Origin: Balanoglossus misakiensis
Lineage: Eukaryota; Animalia; Hemichordata
DNA length: 64,000 nucleotides
Direction: 5' to 3'
Assembly (NCBI GenBank): GCA_040954595.2
Contig: CM082578.2
Coordinates: 9,099,519-9,163,518, forward strand
How positions within the stretch are numbered: position 1 is the stretch's first letter; every line of letters starts with the position of its first letter. Position numbers and translations under genes: made by a program. Under the pieces are notes generated by a model that saw only the letters and a list, made by a program, of their open reading frames with translations, searched no databases and was not told the origin of the DNA. Shown one piece after another: positions 15,729-30,935 of the stretch.

Positions 15729-16076
15729 AGGGACAAAGTCTCTCTCTCGCTGCCCTTTCCCCATTAATTATGTTTGATACAGGACACCGTTTATGTTATT
15801 CTACAGGTGGATATATAGTGAATCAACGTTCGACCACACACAACATCTATCCAACTTGTAGACATGAGAGTGAAAAACTCACCAAAATGAATAATCGGTG
15901 TTTACTATTTATTCATTTTGGTGAGATTTTTACTCTCATATCCTACAAACGGGATGGAAGTTGTGTGTGGTTGAACGTTGATTCACTATATATCCACATT
16001 TAGAATAATATAAACGGTGTCTTGTATCAAATATAATTAATGGAAAAAAGGCCAGCGAGAGAGAGACTTTGTCCCT
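15729..16076. mobile_element. Palindromic MITE with TTAA target-site duplication (Kolobok-like termini)
   Basis: TTAA|AGGGACAAAGTCTCTCTCTCGCTG ... CAGCGAGAGAGAGACTTTGTCCCT|TTAA. The two ~165-bp arms are imperfect reverse complements around a short spacer near 15895-15907. TTAA TSD with purine-purine 5' end fits Kolobok better than piggyBac. Confidence 0.8.
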
Positions 16077-19000
16077 TTAATTATGTAGTACAAGATATCT
16101 GGAGATTGTCACGTCAATGCACCGGGATAATGTCCACTCAAAATACAAGGTTGTGTGCACTTGTGTATGCACGCCTAATCGGGTCAAGTGCACCGAGTGG
16201 GTTCAATGCTCTCACAGTGATCCGCCTTTCCTTAAAAGATAAGTATTAAGGGGCACATGAGCTCATTTACTTTTGGGAATATATATATTGTGCTTATGTT
16301 GATGCTGAATGAATCGGAGTAGAGACTGTTGTCTATCTATACATGTACTACACGTATAGTTTGAAACCTGGCGAGCCAATACATTGGGGAACGTCTACCC
16401 GGGAAACAAGGTCTCCTGCACTTGCAAATGCAACGCTTCAATGGGGGTCAAGTACACTGAACAGGTTCAATGTCCTATACATGTGATCCGCCATTTCCGA
16501 AGGATTATCATTAAAGTGCAAATGTGCGCATTTGCTTGCCTGCCCATGTCGTCTACTGTCAAAGAAGATCTACTCGTGTATAATCATTGCACCGAGATCC
16601 CTCGTATAATGAAAGGTTGATGGGAACATGGAAGATCGAAAAAAAAGAAATCCGTATTAAATGGCAACCCTGGGGGTCAAATCACTTAATGCCCGTCCTA
16701 GACTTGACAGGTTCAACATACTGCATTCAAGACGCACATCATTCAGGCGACAGCATTAATAGACACCTGGTGTGGGTTGTATAGCGGCAGCCGCCTCAAG
16801 TTCGGGTTGCATAGAGCTCTAACATACAGACTCACTTTGAAATGCAATGATGGGAGATCGTTATTGTGCACAAAAGCAAGGTTGAGATAAGGAAACCCCG
16901 GTCGATACGGGGAAAACTCAATGTTGAGTTTTATGTGACACAGAAAACAACAACATAAGCTAAACAGGTCAACAGCAAACCAAGTCATTTTCGCTATGTT
17001 ATAATAGGTTTGTCTAACATATACCTATTGAGTTAACATAATACGCAGAGAAATACTGACATTGGGACGATCCGATCGAAGGCTCTGGGGAAAGATGCCT
17101 TCCGAATTTGATCCTCCTCGGTTTCCCAGCAACGAGGACCGCGGGCACTTTCAATTCTGCTCGCGGAAATTCAACTACATCTACACGCGGTTAAGTGAGC
17201 AGCTGCTCATGTCTCAAGTCTCATTATTCGTCGACGGTTTTCGCTGATCTCTGGTGATACCGACAGATGCCGAGCTCCTTTACCGAGTGTGTGTATGTAT
17301 ACGCATCAATCGACAGTTCTCGAGTGCAATTGACTCGATCGTAAATTGCTCGTCACGATTAGCCCTTGATTGAGTGAAAAGTATTTCATTCATATGTATT
17401 CTCTGACCATACTAGCTGCATTTTTTTAAAGCTTGGGTTGGACTTTTCAAGTGATTGTTGATGAAAGTGCCTGTGGTATTGAATAAATGCTATAACCGAG
17501 TATAGAACCAGGGTGTGGCATTTCTAAGGTTTGTTTGGGTGGCCATATTGGATCAGCCGCGTGTACATACACATCATCATACATGTAACATAAGCCTTCG
17601 CGGCACCTGGTTAAGAAATAAAAACGAGCTTGAAGACCCGAACAACAGCACTGCAATTTCCTTTCGTACTTTCAACTTCTCTTGCAAACTGGAGGATTTC
17701 AATCACGATTTGTTGTTAGTCTTTCCGGAGAGACCTGAACCTCAGTGGAGGAAGGAAATTTCCCCGAGGAGACGCTGAATGACAGAACACGAATAGCTTT
17801 GGCCAGTACCCGGTATGGCAAATATGAGCTAGTGTTACATGGAGTGTGTAGTCCAGTTGGAATCACAGGGAATGTGATATATGGAGTCGAGTTATTACGG
17901 GGAAAGTACACCCATACAAAGTTTCTTCTTAATTTAAAACAATTTCCGGAGTTAGGATTCTGTCGGGAACGCGTAGAACGATAAAGATTCACACAGATAT
18001 TTTGATCGACGTACATGTAGTCTTCTCTATCGTGATGGACGTTTATCAAAAACTGCTTCAGCATGATGAGCCGACGCTTTCTTCCAGAAAACGTTTCATT
18101 TGATCAATCGGTAGCTGTTAACAATAGCCAAGAATATAGTTTCTCAAATCGGGGCGATATTCTTTTCTGGAAGTCTTCCATTTTCTTACAATAAACTGCC
18201 GCCAGTCAATGGAACATTACGGCGTCAGCAATAATCTTCTCGGCGTGTGGTGAGTCGCCTCTAACCGCTCACACGAAAATCGCTCTTGGTCAAAGCGAGC
18301 ATGCAGTGTATATATATCCATGGGCGGCAGAAATTCTATTGATTTGATTTGAGAATGATGATGGATTGGGTAGAACTTACATATGCCTAATGGTTTTTGA
18401 AATTGAACATGCGTTTTAGAGCAAATGGATTCCGTTCAGAGGAAAAATCAATCAACGCTAACCCGGCAACGGCGACGTAGCTGACCGCGTGCTCCGCGGT
18501 ATTTCTTGTTAAATGTGCAGAGGGAGAAGGGTTAAGGGCCTTCGCTTCTCTGCGTTCCGTCACCCTGCAGCAAATGATCGATCTTTATGCATGGAATACA
18601 AGGAGCAATGGTTGTTGCTAGAATCATAACTAATGTATGAACCGTCTTGTTGCTTTGTGTGCATAGGGCCTATACCGGATTGGTGTGCTCTGGTGTTAGA
18701 GGATGCCACCTAAAACATATATGCTGTTCAAAATTGTCTCCGCGAACTCCACGATTTTAGCGTGCAAATGATTGTTTTATCCCTCAGTGTTGAAACACGC
18801 CTCAGGGGGGATTGCCACACCCTGAAATAACTTTCACAAAATCGTTCACAACATTCTTTGTAACGTTTCAGACTACTCGGGGTTCACATTGATTCTCGGG
18901 AACTACAAAGGGATGTACAGTTATTTTTTTCGGATTCACGTTTCACTGCACGAAACACACGTCGAGATAATCGCATTTAAATGCGTTTCTCTAACGCACC

Positions 19001-20269
19001 GACTAACGCAAATTGTCGCGTTACTCAGCGCGTGATGATGGTGTTAGCGATTGCTTTCAAGAGCGCTGATGTTATTAGGGTCCCTTTTGAACAAGATGAA
19101 AAAAATGACCGTTCCTTCAACAGTTTTCCCTGACAACCTCATGTGGCACATCTAAACCCCGCTCTACGTAGATGCGAACGTCGTGTTTTCAGTTGCCGAT
19201 GAGTGCAATTTTGACTAGAGCTCGACGGCTGCGTATATAGTTATCGAGTACGGCTATTAATTACAGGTTGCGAGACTGCACGTCGCGTCAGTGATCACGG
19301 AAACAGCAGCTCGCCGTATCGCAACTATTATCGAGTGACCGAAGAATCATTAAAAGTGACACACGCAGTTGGCTCGTGGAAAATATTTTACAAGCCGCCC
19401 ACAAACAACGTGGTTCTGTGGCAATACGAGTGAAACAAGCTTAGGTCTGAGAATGCAGTAGCTCAAATACAAAGACTATTATTATTAATTAGCAGCAGAA
19501 GACAAAAAATGAACTTTTTAAAGAACGCCGTTTCTGCTAGCCAATGCACAGGAAATTCATTTAGACCCCTTATAAATCGAGCAAGAGTAAAGGGAAATTC
19601 AATTTATTCCGTGAATGTAAAAAGTCGGCAATTTATATGCTGCCGTGTTGTGACGCCCAGTAACGGTTCAATCGTTGTTGAAACATTTGCATTTATGATG
19701 ACCTACTGGTACCCTACGGTTCTTACTCCATCTGCATGCGACACGAATAGATGCATTTGTCTGGCGGCTAACACTCAGCATTATACAACATGGGAACACT
19801 ACTGAGTTTCTGAACAATCGCGACCAACTTGCAACCTATATCCGTACCATAGATGCGGATGATGAATTTACCTGTATTAATGCTCCATTTTACCGTTCTT
19901 TTGTAGATGAGAAAAACGCGCGTAAAATTTGCAGCTTCTTTTGATAGTCGCGTAGGGAAACATAGCTCCCAGTGGTCGTTAGTGTGTAACCATGGTGATC
20001 CGATCGAACTGTGTGTACATGTATTTATCGATCAAAGCTCGTACGCAGTCTGTTGTTCAAATGGGTTTCTTTCGCGTATTGCGACGGAAAATCATTCGGA
20101 CAAGACAGATAAGCAAGCACGTGAGACGCCATAGCTGAAAGTACACGCATGCAGCAATGCGCTATCCACTGTATTGAAGTGATGCTCCAAAATCCATACC
20201 CTCTTACCGCCAAAACAAATGCCACTATACCCTAATTGAGTCGCCAGAATGACGCGGAGTGCGATTTAC

Positions 20270-21683
20270 ATTTTTGTACATGGTGAACGCCAATCTTTGG
20301 GCTTTCAACACATTTGCTTCCTCCAGTATTGCCCGTGCCATCTTGGCCATCCCCATGCGCCAGCTAAGCTATGTTTGTAGCAAGGACGAGACCTATAGCC
20401 AGACGATGCGATCGTGCGCACCGGAAAGTATTACATTCTAAACGTAAAGTGAGCATAAACCAACTCAATAATGGTTTCGATAAGCTGTGATTATTAATAT
20501 CCATCAAGGTGTTCCTTCAGAGGGACGTTGGCGTGTTGTCCCCAGTGGCACAATCGGTTAGCGCGCCGTACTTATACGTCAGTACTGTCTTGGACTGCGG
20601 CTAATGAGTGATGCGGAGGTTGTGAGTTCGAGCCTCACCTGGGGAAACCTTGTTTTTTATGGCTCACGTGCGCTTGCTGTATATGCAAATGTTACACGAG
20701 GTTGGTCGACTGGAATTGCTTGATTTGGATGTGCGTAACGCGATATTTTACGCATTTTTGCTCATTATTGAAACTCGCTGTTTTTAGCAACCGGTGGGTA
20801 TGTCGAGTAATCGAGACGCGAGATATTTGAGATTGCATGGCTGCAGTTGGAGAAGGTCGCTTTCAGTTTCAGCAGTCTATTACAGAACGGGTGATGGTTG
20901 ACGCAGCATACAGTAACATCAGCCGTTCCATGTGTGTGAGAGAGAAAAAAACAACTCACGGGGTACTCTCCACAAATATATTTAACAGTTCGCAAGATCA
21001 CACGAATACGCGCATGTGTACTGAAACGTGTCTAGTCTGCAAGATCATCTTTCTATGGCAGCTCATGTTCTGTTTGAAGACAAGGCGCATACGTGCGATG
21101 CGACGCAGGCCAAGAATACCATTCGAGGAAACGCGATTTTACAATCACAGTAAAAAAAGACAAAGGCGCTCTTCTTGGAACTGCATGATAACATACAAAG
21201 TCGCTGTCGTATATGCCACAGATTTCATTAAGCCTTTCTGTTGTTAGGTTTGTGTGTGGTATTTTTTTAAATAGGAAAGGTGCCTTAGACATATGTCCAA
21301 ATTCAAGCATCGCACTCCCTCACTAATCTAACCACGCAACTCACATTCTATAAACATCTGTCCGACTTACCGCACAAGTGGTCAGCTACGGCTTGCAGAT
21401 AGGATCGATGGGTGCTGTACTTGATTCCCGCCTGGTGCCAATTCACGACGAGATCGACGATGTTAGCAAGCTGGATTTTCTGCTGCACCTACCACGCAAC
21501 AAGAGAGGAGAATCCGGGAGAATCATTCATTTATACAAGACGTTGCAAGTGTAGACGTTTATTCTGCTGAGCGTCGTAATCATAATACGATCCGACAACT
21601 TGATTTATTTATGAGAACCCGTCGGATACTGAAAGACTATATCGGACTCCCTAGCACGGTGTTATTCTTTCTTTCTCTCTCTT

Positions 21684-21724
<41 letters not shown>

Positions 21725-24700
21725 CTCTCTCTTCCCCTACCCACCCACCCCCCTCTGAATTACAGTGACATAACAGAATAATCTCAGTATTTTTGCGACA
21801 ATGCAACCTGCTTTGTGTGTAGTTGGCGTACAATGCAATACACACTACAGTAGGTCGGGTTGCATGAGTCTTCAAATTCAAGTGTATTGATGTAGGCATC
21901 TGGGGGCGCTGGCTCGCGCAGGGACGTTGGGAGACTAACAGGAAAGTGAATATGCTAAATACGCAGGCTATTTGGTCCGGTCATAAATCATATCACGAAT
22001 CGCAGCTTTCAGTTAATGTGTTAATATGTACTGCAATTAGTAAGATGGAATCTGTTTGGGGGAAATCCTTGCATGCGCCATCAAACGATTCTCAGATATG
22101 ATCTAAAGTGGCCACTGACACGGCATCAAGACTGCGCGATGGCGCTTTTTAGACACGAACTGCGAGCACGTTCGATTTCTCGCCTCGTATACGACTGGTT
22201 TAGTAGCGTAACGAGCCTTTTGTGGGCCGAGGAAATGCGTTGCGAGCATGCTATTCAAATATGGAGTGACATTTTCAAGCCTTGCTATTAAGACCGTGCT
22301 GCCGTTCACGGCGTCGCCGAAACACGTCCAAAATGCCCTTTTAAGAAAAGAAAAATAGGATACATTAGGGGAGATAGTAGACACAAATTGCTTTGAGCAA
22401 AGGAGCGAAAGGAATCTTGTCGTGATCAAGTCGTATAGATTAATGTCTCCGTAAACCATTTGCGAGCGAGATAGCGCGATAGCAATTTTGAAAGCTGGGA
22501 AATGATCACAGCGATATTCATGTAGGCGGATATTGGCGCGAAGTTATCAAGACCAACAAATAACGATGGAAACTCTAAAAAGCAAACAATAAAATCGGTT
22601 TTAGCTCTTTCGGGAAGCAATAAATTGGCCTTTTAAGGACAAGAAAGTAAGAGAGGCGCGTATCAGCACGCCAACCTTTATTTGAAAGGTCAACGCGGCG
22701 ATTGTCAAATGCCATTTGGCAAGAGGCATTGTCTGCCTGCAATAACACACTGGTCGTATCAGCCAGTCATTAGCGTCTTTCTGCGTGTCTCTAGAACATG
22801 CAAGGCATTGCAGAAATCATTTGGCGACTAGGCATTGTATGTGGAATTGCATCCATACGATTACATCTATCCTTCCTTGCTGTGGTAACAAAAGAAAATG
22901 AAATGTGGGATTTTCCATTGCATCGTTGTTGAAAAATATGTTTATAGCAATACAATCTTGGTCATCCTGTATACATGTAATCAGAATTTGAAAAGATGAG
23001 TTATTATTGGTAAATAGGTGCAAGTGGATAGTAGTTTTGAGTGTGCGATGGGCAGATGCCTTACTTATGAAGTCATGGCACATCCCAATCTTTGAAACGA
23101 GGCGATTTATGCCATCGGTGATTCATGCGTTGTGAGAACGCCTGCAGCTGTAGAAACTGTAACATGCCTGAGTTAACAAGCGCCATTGGTTAGTCTTACC
23201 TTGCAGTGTTGTACCTCAGACATTCTTGTGTAAGCAAGTCGGTCCAGTGACGTTCTGCATATTAAAATGACCAGACAGTTAATTAGCGCTGACAAGACGA
23301 GTTTAGCAAGTATCGATCGATCATACGACCAACTAACCGACCAACAGAACCAACCAAACGCGCATCATCCCACTCACTCACTCACTCACTCACTTGACCA
23401 TTCTTGCAACCAACCAACCAACCAAACAACCAACCAACCAACCAACCAACCAACCAACCAGCCAACCGAGCCAGACGGTCAATCAACTGTTTTCAAATGT
23501 TCATCAAATAACCGATTTTGTATAAATAATGTAAAATTATGTGTTTTTTTCAACCGTATACATCCATGTTCCCGATGTAAACATACAGTGCGAGCGCACA
23601 GAGTCGGGTAAAAAACTTAAACAAGTTATCGGAATTCCTGTCCAGCAGTTCAGTGAGTGATGTAAAAGAAGTATTCCATTTGCTTGCAAACCAGCAGCCA
23701 CTGTCTCATCCTATCGACATAAAAAGATTCATTCCAAAAACAGATGCCGATGATAAAATGGGAACTCTTGGATGTCAATTAGAGAACCGCCGGGATGGTT
23801 TATCCATTTTATTACAGTGAATACGCTGTTTTTAAATCGAGGAGAAAAGGGACAGCTGCCAAGACGGCGCCACTGAAGTTATTTGTAATATCACCGTGCT
23901 GGCGGATACACGTGATACGTGTATAGGAAGGGATTAATTTGGGAGGCTGCTGTTTCGAGGTATGTGGGAGTCGAGTCTTGAAGATGCTTTCTATTAAATT
24001 AAGAGAACGTGCATTTGAGGAGGGGAACTAGTCAAACTTAGACGAGACATTTCAGTCATGTTGTTCACAATTGTTTCTCTATATACACCGAGACCGACAG
24101 GCGGAAGCTACTTGCATTTTGTCCGACTGTAATTAGACACTCCAAATGCCTGACGAAGTAATATAATTAGACATTCCAACCGGCTACATATCCTGTATTC
24201 AATATAGTTAATTTTGCCTTGCGTCTGCGATAAACCAACAGCCCGAGTTTGTGTCGCGGCGATTCCCTCATTACGTGATATTAATTATAGAGGACGCTGT
24301 AAAATGATTCTTATTGACAGATCAGCGTCGCCCCACATGGTACGTAATAGAAAACACGAGGCATGATAGGGGCCTTACTTTAAAATTAGATTATGAGGGT
24401 TCGATCATTATAGATTTGCACAGATGACGAATCAGTTTATATTTTGACACTTCCATGTGCCTGAAGTAAAAATGAACACTGAATTGTCATTTCAGTCGAC
24501 TGTCACGATATGATTTACATGGTCACCGGTCTGTACAGTGACGACTTTTTGTTTTTGAATTCTGTTTTGTGAACGACAGTTCTGTGAATTTACATGACAC
24601 AAGCACGTGGTGTTTACAAATTAGAGTAGGTAACTGAGCGGGTTATTAACATGTTGTACGTGTTACATCTGTTGGGCGGCATCGAGTACGCCAATCAGCT

Positions 24701-27527
24701 TCTGAGACCGCGTTTGAAACAGTCGTGATGCAAAACTGGTCATATAAAAAGGTCGATGCTTCAGGTCCTAGGGGCTCCACTCTACTTCCAGCGTTCCTCT
24801 GGTCACCGCGTGTTGCTTCAGGGTACAGAGTCACCGTCCGTGTCTGCCGGTGTCCGTGTTGTTGGGCGTGTTTTCGTCTGTTGTGCCTGCCAGCCTACCA
24901 GTCATCGGTTGCGAGACATCGGTCACCTACCTGCGTTTACGTCTGCATTGTCCACTCACCGTCGACCATCTCCGAACAGTCGTGAAGCCAGCAGCTCCGT
25001 TCCAGGCCCAGGAAATCGCCGTTTCGTCGGTTGCCGGACCTTGCTTCGTCGTTCTTCGCTCGGGGACTCTGGACACTGTTCTTGTCGTGAGTTTTTGTGT
25101 ACATAACTTTTCGTCACCCGCATTTTTATAGGTAGTTCCTACAGAGGCATTTTATGTGCCTACTTTTTGTATTTCGTTGTTTCTGGTGAATTACAATCTA
25201 GCTACACCATATTTAAATGTGTACGTGTGAGCTCTTTTCTGCTCAACACTCTGGCTGCCAAACACTCATTTTGGCGATACTAAATTCACGTCACAGTTGG
25301 CTAGTGTATCACTTACCATCTTGTGACATCGACCGACTTGAATTACTAAATCCGAAGGAAAAGCGGTTTCCAAAATAAGGTTTGTCTAACCAATAATCTA
25401 TTATTGGATTTTTTTTTATTTTTCCTTATTTGCATAATTGACTCAAAGATGGTCCGTACGTGTATGTCACGGGTTGCAATTTTCATTCTATTACCCCTAA
25501 TTTGCCAGCAATAAAATCTAACTAACAAAACTATGTGTATCCAAACGCAATTCTAGGATCCAATTTGCCCGTCAATAAAAAACAGTGATGTTATTTACAG
25601 GCAAATGAGAGTCCTTGCAATGGATCAACTACATGTAGAACTGACGCCCTGCGGACTGACTTCAACAATTCAAATAGATATATCGGAACGAAAGAAATCA
25701 GAGCAACTTCTGAAGAGGGCGTAATCACTCTCTGAGATATTACTTTCGCATGTTCGATTGCCCTTTATATTCAGCCAGAGCTTTCGATTCCAATTCTCTA
25801 ATTTCGATACTATAGCTAGCAACGCTGGGTATCTCATTTTCTTATTGCAATACTCATATACTAACACATTTGCAACTACATGCAGCACTGCGTCGCTTAC
25901 CCATTCATATCTATGAATTTGGCCGTCTCTTTGTTTTTGGTGTCTTTCAGGATGTCGACGATTGCTCGTCGATACACCAGGCACCTCGTACTTTTGTCGT
26001 TGTCGGGCGAACAGGTTGATGCGATGACCTCGTCAAGTTGTCGTTCCAAAGAGGAAAGTGAAACTGCAGGTGCGCTGTCTCCTGGAGGTTGAAGATCGAC
26101 ACAGGTGACATATCAGTATTTTATTCTGTGTAATTTTAACGCTGAGAAAACCCACGCATTTGATTCTGTCAGCAGAGGCATGCCAAGACATGAACAATAC
26201 TATCAAAATGTACAGCACGCCACATTTAATAAAAACATGTACTGCCTTGAAAGTATACTGTATATCACCGAAGTTACGTGTGATCGTATATGCCTCGATC
26301 CCCAGTTAGCGCCAACTAGCGTCGACAATTGTCGTTGCGTCTTAGTCTCAGTCGACGTCGATATTTTCGCATGTTCATGCCATTTTTTGTATGTACACCA
26401 ATTGACCACCGGTTTATACTTCAACCTTTCTCTATTTTAAAAGTCTGCGCTTTCCAAGGCTTCCATAATAGTAAAAACGTCACCATGGTTTGTGCGAGTA
26501 TGACAAAGGACCCTTTCTGAAACCCCTCGTCCTGAATAAGCCCAGCTGCTCAGTTGGGGATTGTTTAGACTCAGAATGCTGAGTCGTGCGACCTCTGAAT
26601 GCCACTCTCTGTATTTCCAAGACAATGTCACGGGGCTATGGAAATACTGGTGTGGTAATATAAGTTTAGGAGAAACGTGATATATCAGCTGGGCTGTTCT
26701 ATTAACCAAATCAACGACCAGAAAAGCGTAAGTAGGATAAAAACGTAGCCGTCCAGGTTACCTTTTGAAGCTGCCGTCCCATTGGCTTTTAGAAGAATAC
26801 GAGCGAGTTGCCTTCTCGAAATCTGGCCGCCGCTGCTTGAAATCTTATCGTATCGGAGAGCGTACACGGGGCATTTGGTGGCGTTATTATCGCGTTCAAA
26901 GCACTCCTTGAGTGTCTTGAGCTCAGATTTGGAAATGCTGCTGCTAGACAAGAGTTTGTGATATTGCGTCGCAGTGATGGTGGAAGGAAGTAGATTTCCG
27001 TGGTATTTCTCGCCCAGGAAAGCAACGAAACAGAGCGATCCGTGAGGGCTTCGCTCGACGCACCTTCGGATTTCTCTGGAGCGGACCAAGTCGGTATAAG
27101 GCGAATCTTGGTCGTCGTCAAGTGTGACAAATTTTGCGGTGGACAAGTTGAAATTGACTCCGTGGATGTATGCTAATTTGCGAAGATAGGGATAAACATC
27201 GGACATAATGATATTGTGTTCGACGGAAAAGTCGCTATCTACGCACAAATACACTTGAACGCAACCGCCATTGTTGGCTGTCCTCTGGTGAAATACAGGT
27301 TGCAATAGTCGCAGATGGCCGCCGCTACCGTTTCCGCGTTCGGCCGATCCTGCATCGGATGCAGATACAAGGAGATGCCGCATCCACCCGTCGCGCTGCT
27401 CTCTGCGTCGTTTCCATGGTTTCCAGTCGACTTTACTGTTGAAGTTCTCGTCCCTTCCAAGTCCCCTAATGCACATCTCTTTACGGGCGGATGCGGCTAT
27501 CATGGCGGACGACGCTCCCGAGCCCAT
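20270..27527 (-). CDS. Divergent NWD1/NWD2-like protein, DUF4062-like N-terminal region (5' exons; 3' end unresolved)
   Basis: Phase-consistent GT-AG exons: 27527-26762 (MGSGASS...VQVYLCVDSDFSVEHNIIMSDVYPYLRK...REIRRCVERS...CFVAFLGEKYHGNLLPSTI), 26063-25901 (SLSSLERQL...CLVYRRAIVDI...AKFIDMN), 23254-23200, 21488-21371 (ANIVDLVVNWHQAGIKYSTHRSYLQAVADHLC). Less certain: 21237-21197 and 20368-20270. The motif order (VYPxLR, EIxxC, FVxxLGxKYG-like, CLxYxR, KFID, NIxxxxVxW..GI...HxxYL) matches the NWD-family N-terminus as I recall it. Confidence 0.72.
20539..20646 (+). tRNA. tRNA-Ile-TAT: tRNA-Ile(TAT) with 34-nt intron (20577-20610)
   Basis: Acceptor TCCCCAG/CTGGGGA + discriminator A; D arm GCAC-AATCGGTTA-GCGC; anticodon stem CCGTA/TGCGG with CT-TAT-A and intron after position 37; T arm GTGAG-TTCGAGC-CTCAC; oligo-T terminator at 20653-20658. 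Closely resembles metazoan intron-containing tRNA-Ile(TAT). Confidence 0.9.
21666..21732. repeat. (CT)n/(CTTT)n microsatellite
   Basis: Directly visible. Confidence 0.9.
23330..23468. repeat. Compound (ACCA)n/(CACT)n microsatellite
   Basis: Directly visible degenerate tetranucleotide arrays; explains the TNQP-rich ORF 23267-23611. Confidence 0.9.
24661..25328 (+). mobile_element. Possible solo LTR (unconfirmed)
   Basis: GC-richer 668-bp block bounded by TGTTACA...TGTGACA, TATA-like CATATAAAAAGG at ~24741 and ACTAAA ~45 nt before the end. No matching TSD found (TACG vs TCGA). Confidence 0.35.
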
Positions 27528-28782
27528 GCTCAAGTTCACCAAGTTCGAGGTCTTGACGTACATGTAATATAGGTTGTTCCGTCAACAGTGTTGTAGTTTG
27601 CTGGCTTGGTGCTGGTGTCTAAAATTCTATGTCCTCGGCAGAAAAAAAAGCAGATAAATCACCGCAACAAAACTCACAGTCGAAGAGTTATCATTTTTGG
27701 GACAATCGATGAAACACGCGACCTCACTGAATCAACAGCTTGTACAACCTTTTCAGAGTGAGCATAACAAATTCAAAACGGCGCTATATGTAACAGATCT
27801 GTACAAAGTCCAGGCCACTTAGTACACGCTTTCAACGTTTGCACACATCTGGTTTGTCAATGCTCCCGACGTACTATTCATCAGAATTGGGGGTTTTGTT
27901 TCCAGCTTTTTTTGTTTTTCACGCCGTATTGACCTGTACACAGTGGTAGCGGCTGTAAGGACATTGTGTGTATGTGTTGAGGATAAAAGCGATTTGAGTG
28001 TGGAGATGTATGTGTATTATAGGCAGGCGGTGAGTAGCGGTACCGATAATTGTAGAGGCAGAAAATGTCCAAACGAGGGACATGAAAGTGACATACTAGT
28101 CGTATGCTTATGGTGGAAGTCGTTGTATCCAGAATTGAAATTTGACTGCCTCAACTTAGAGTTGAAATTGAGGCTAAATTTATACCTGTGTATTTTGATA
28201 GAAGTGGTGAAGCTCCCTTTGTCTTAGAGCATGTTTAAGTGAGAGAGAATAAAACCAAAAAGAATGAGAGATTTCTGTAAATAACTGGGCACTTAGATTT
28301 TGGCTTTTTGGCTGACGAAAACAATGCATCACCAGTAAACATGGATTCGCTTAGTCATGATGTTCGAGGACACGTTCAGAAGGATGCATTGCAGATACCC
28401 ACCCGCACCGTTGAAGGCTTGCTCTCAGTAAGCGATGGGTTCCGCCGCAGGGTCGCTAAATGCATGTATAATGAGCAAAGGCACCACAAGTCATGGCACC
28501 TTTACCTCCTACGTCTAATTATATCAGGGTAAAAAAATAACCGGGTGAGATCAAAAATGATGTACTGGTATTATACGACAGCCGTTTATAGGATCATTTC
28601 CTCAGCGCACGGGTAATCGCCTCGGTACTGGGCTTGTGGTTGCAACCATATGAAACGGTATACTTAAAGCCATAATTTTTCTTGAATGTGTTTACTAGAT
28701 ATCAACTATGTGTTAACAGGGTTACCATGCTCTTCTTATTTTATTAAGGCTTTACTACTAGGAAGAAGTATCTGTATCACCA

Positions 28783-30935
<2,153 letters not shown>

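Noticed and set aside
23065-23150. Minus-strand segment resembling an NWD exon with an in-frame TGA (possible pseudogene or recoding signal)
   Set aside because: The exon at 21488-21371 fits phase and motifs far better; the implied intron would be only ~50 nt.
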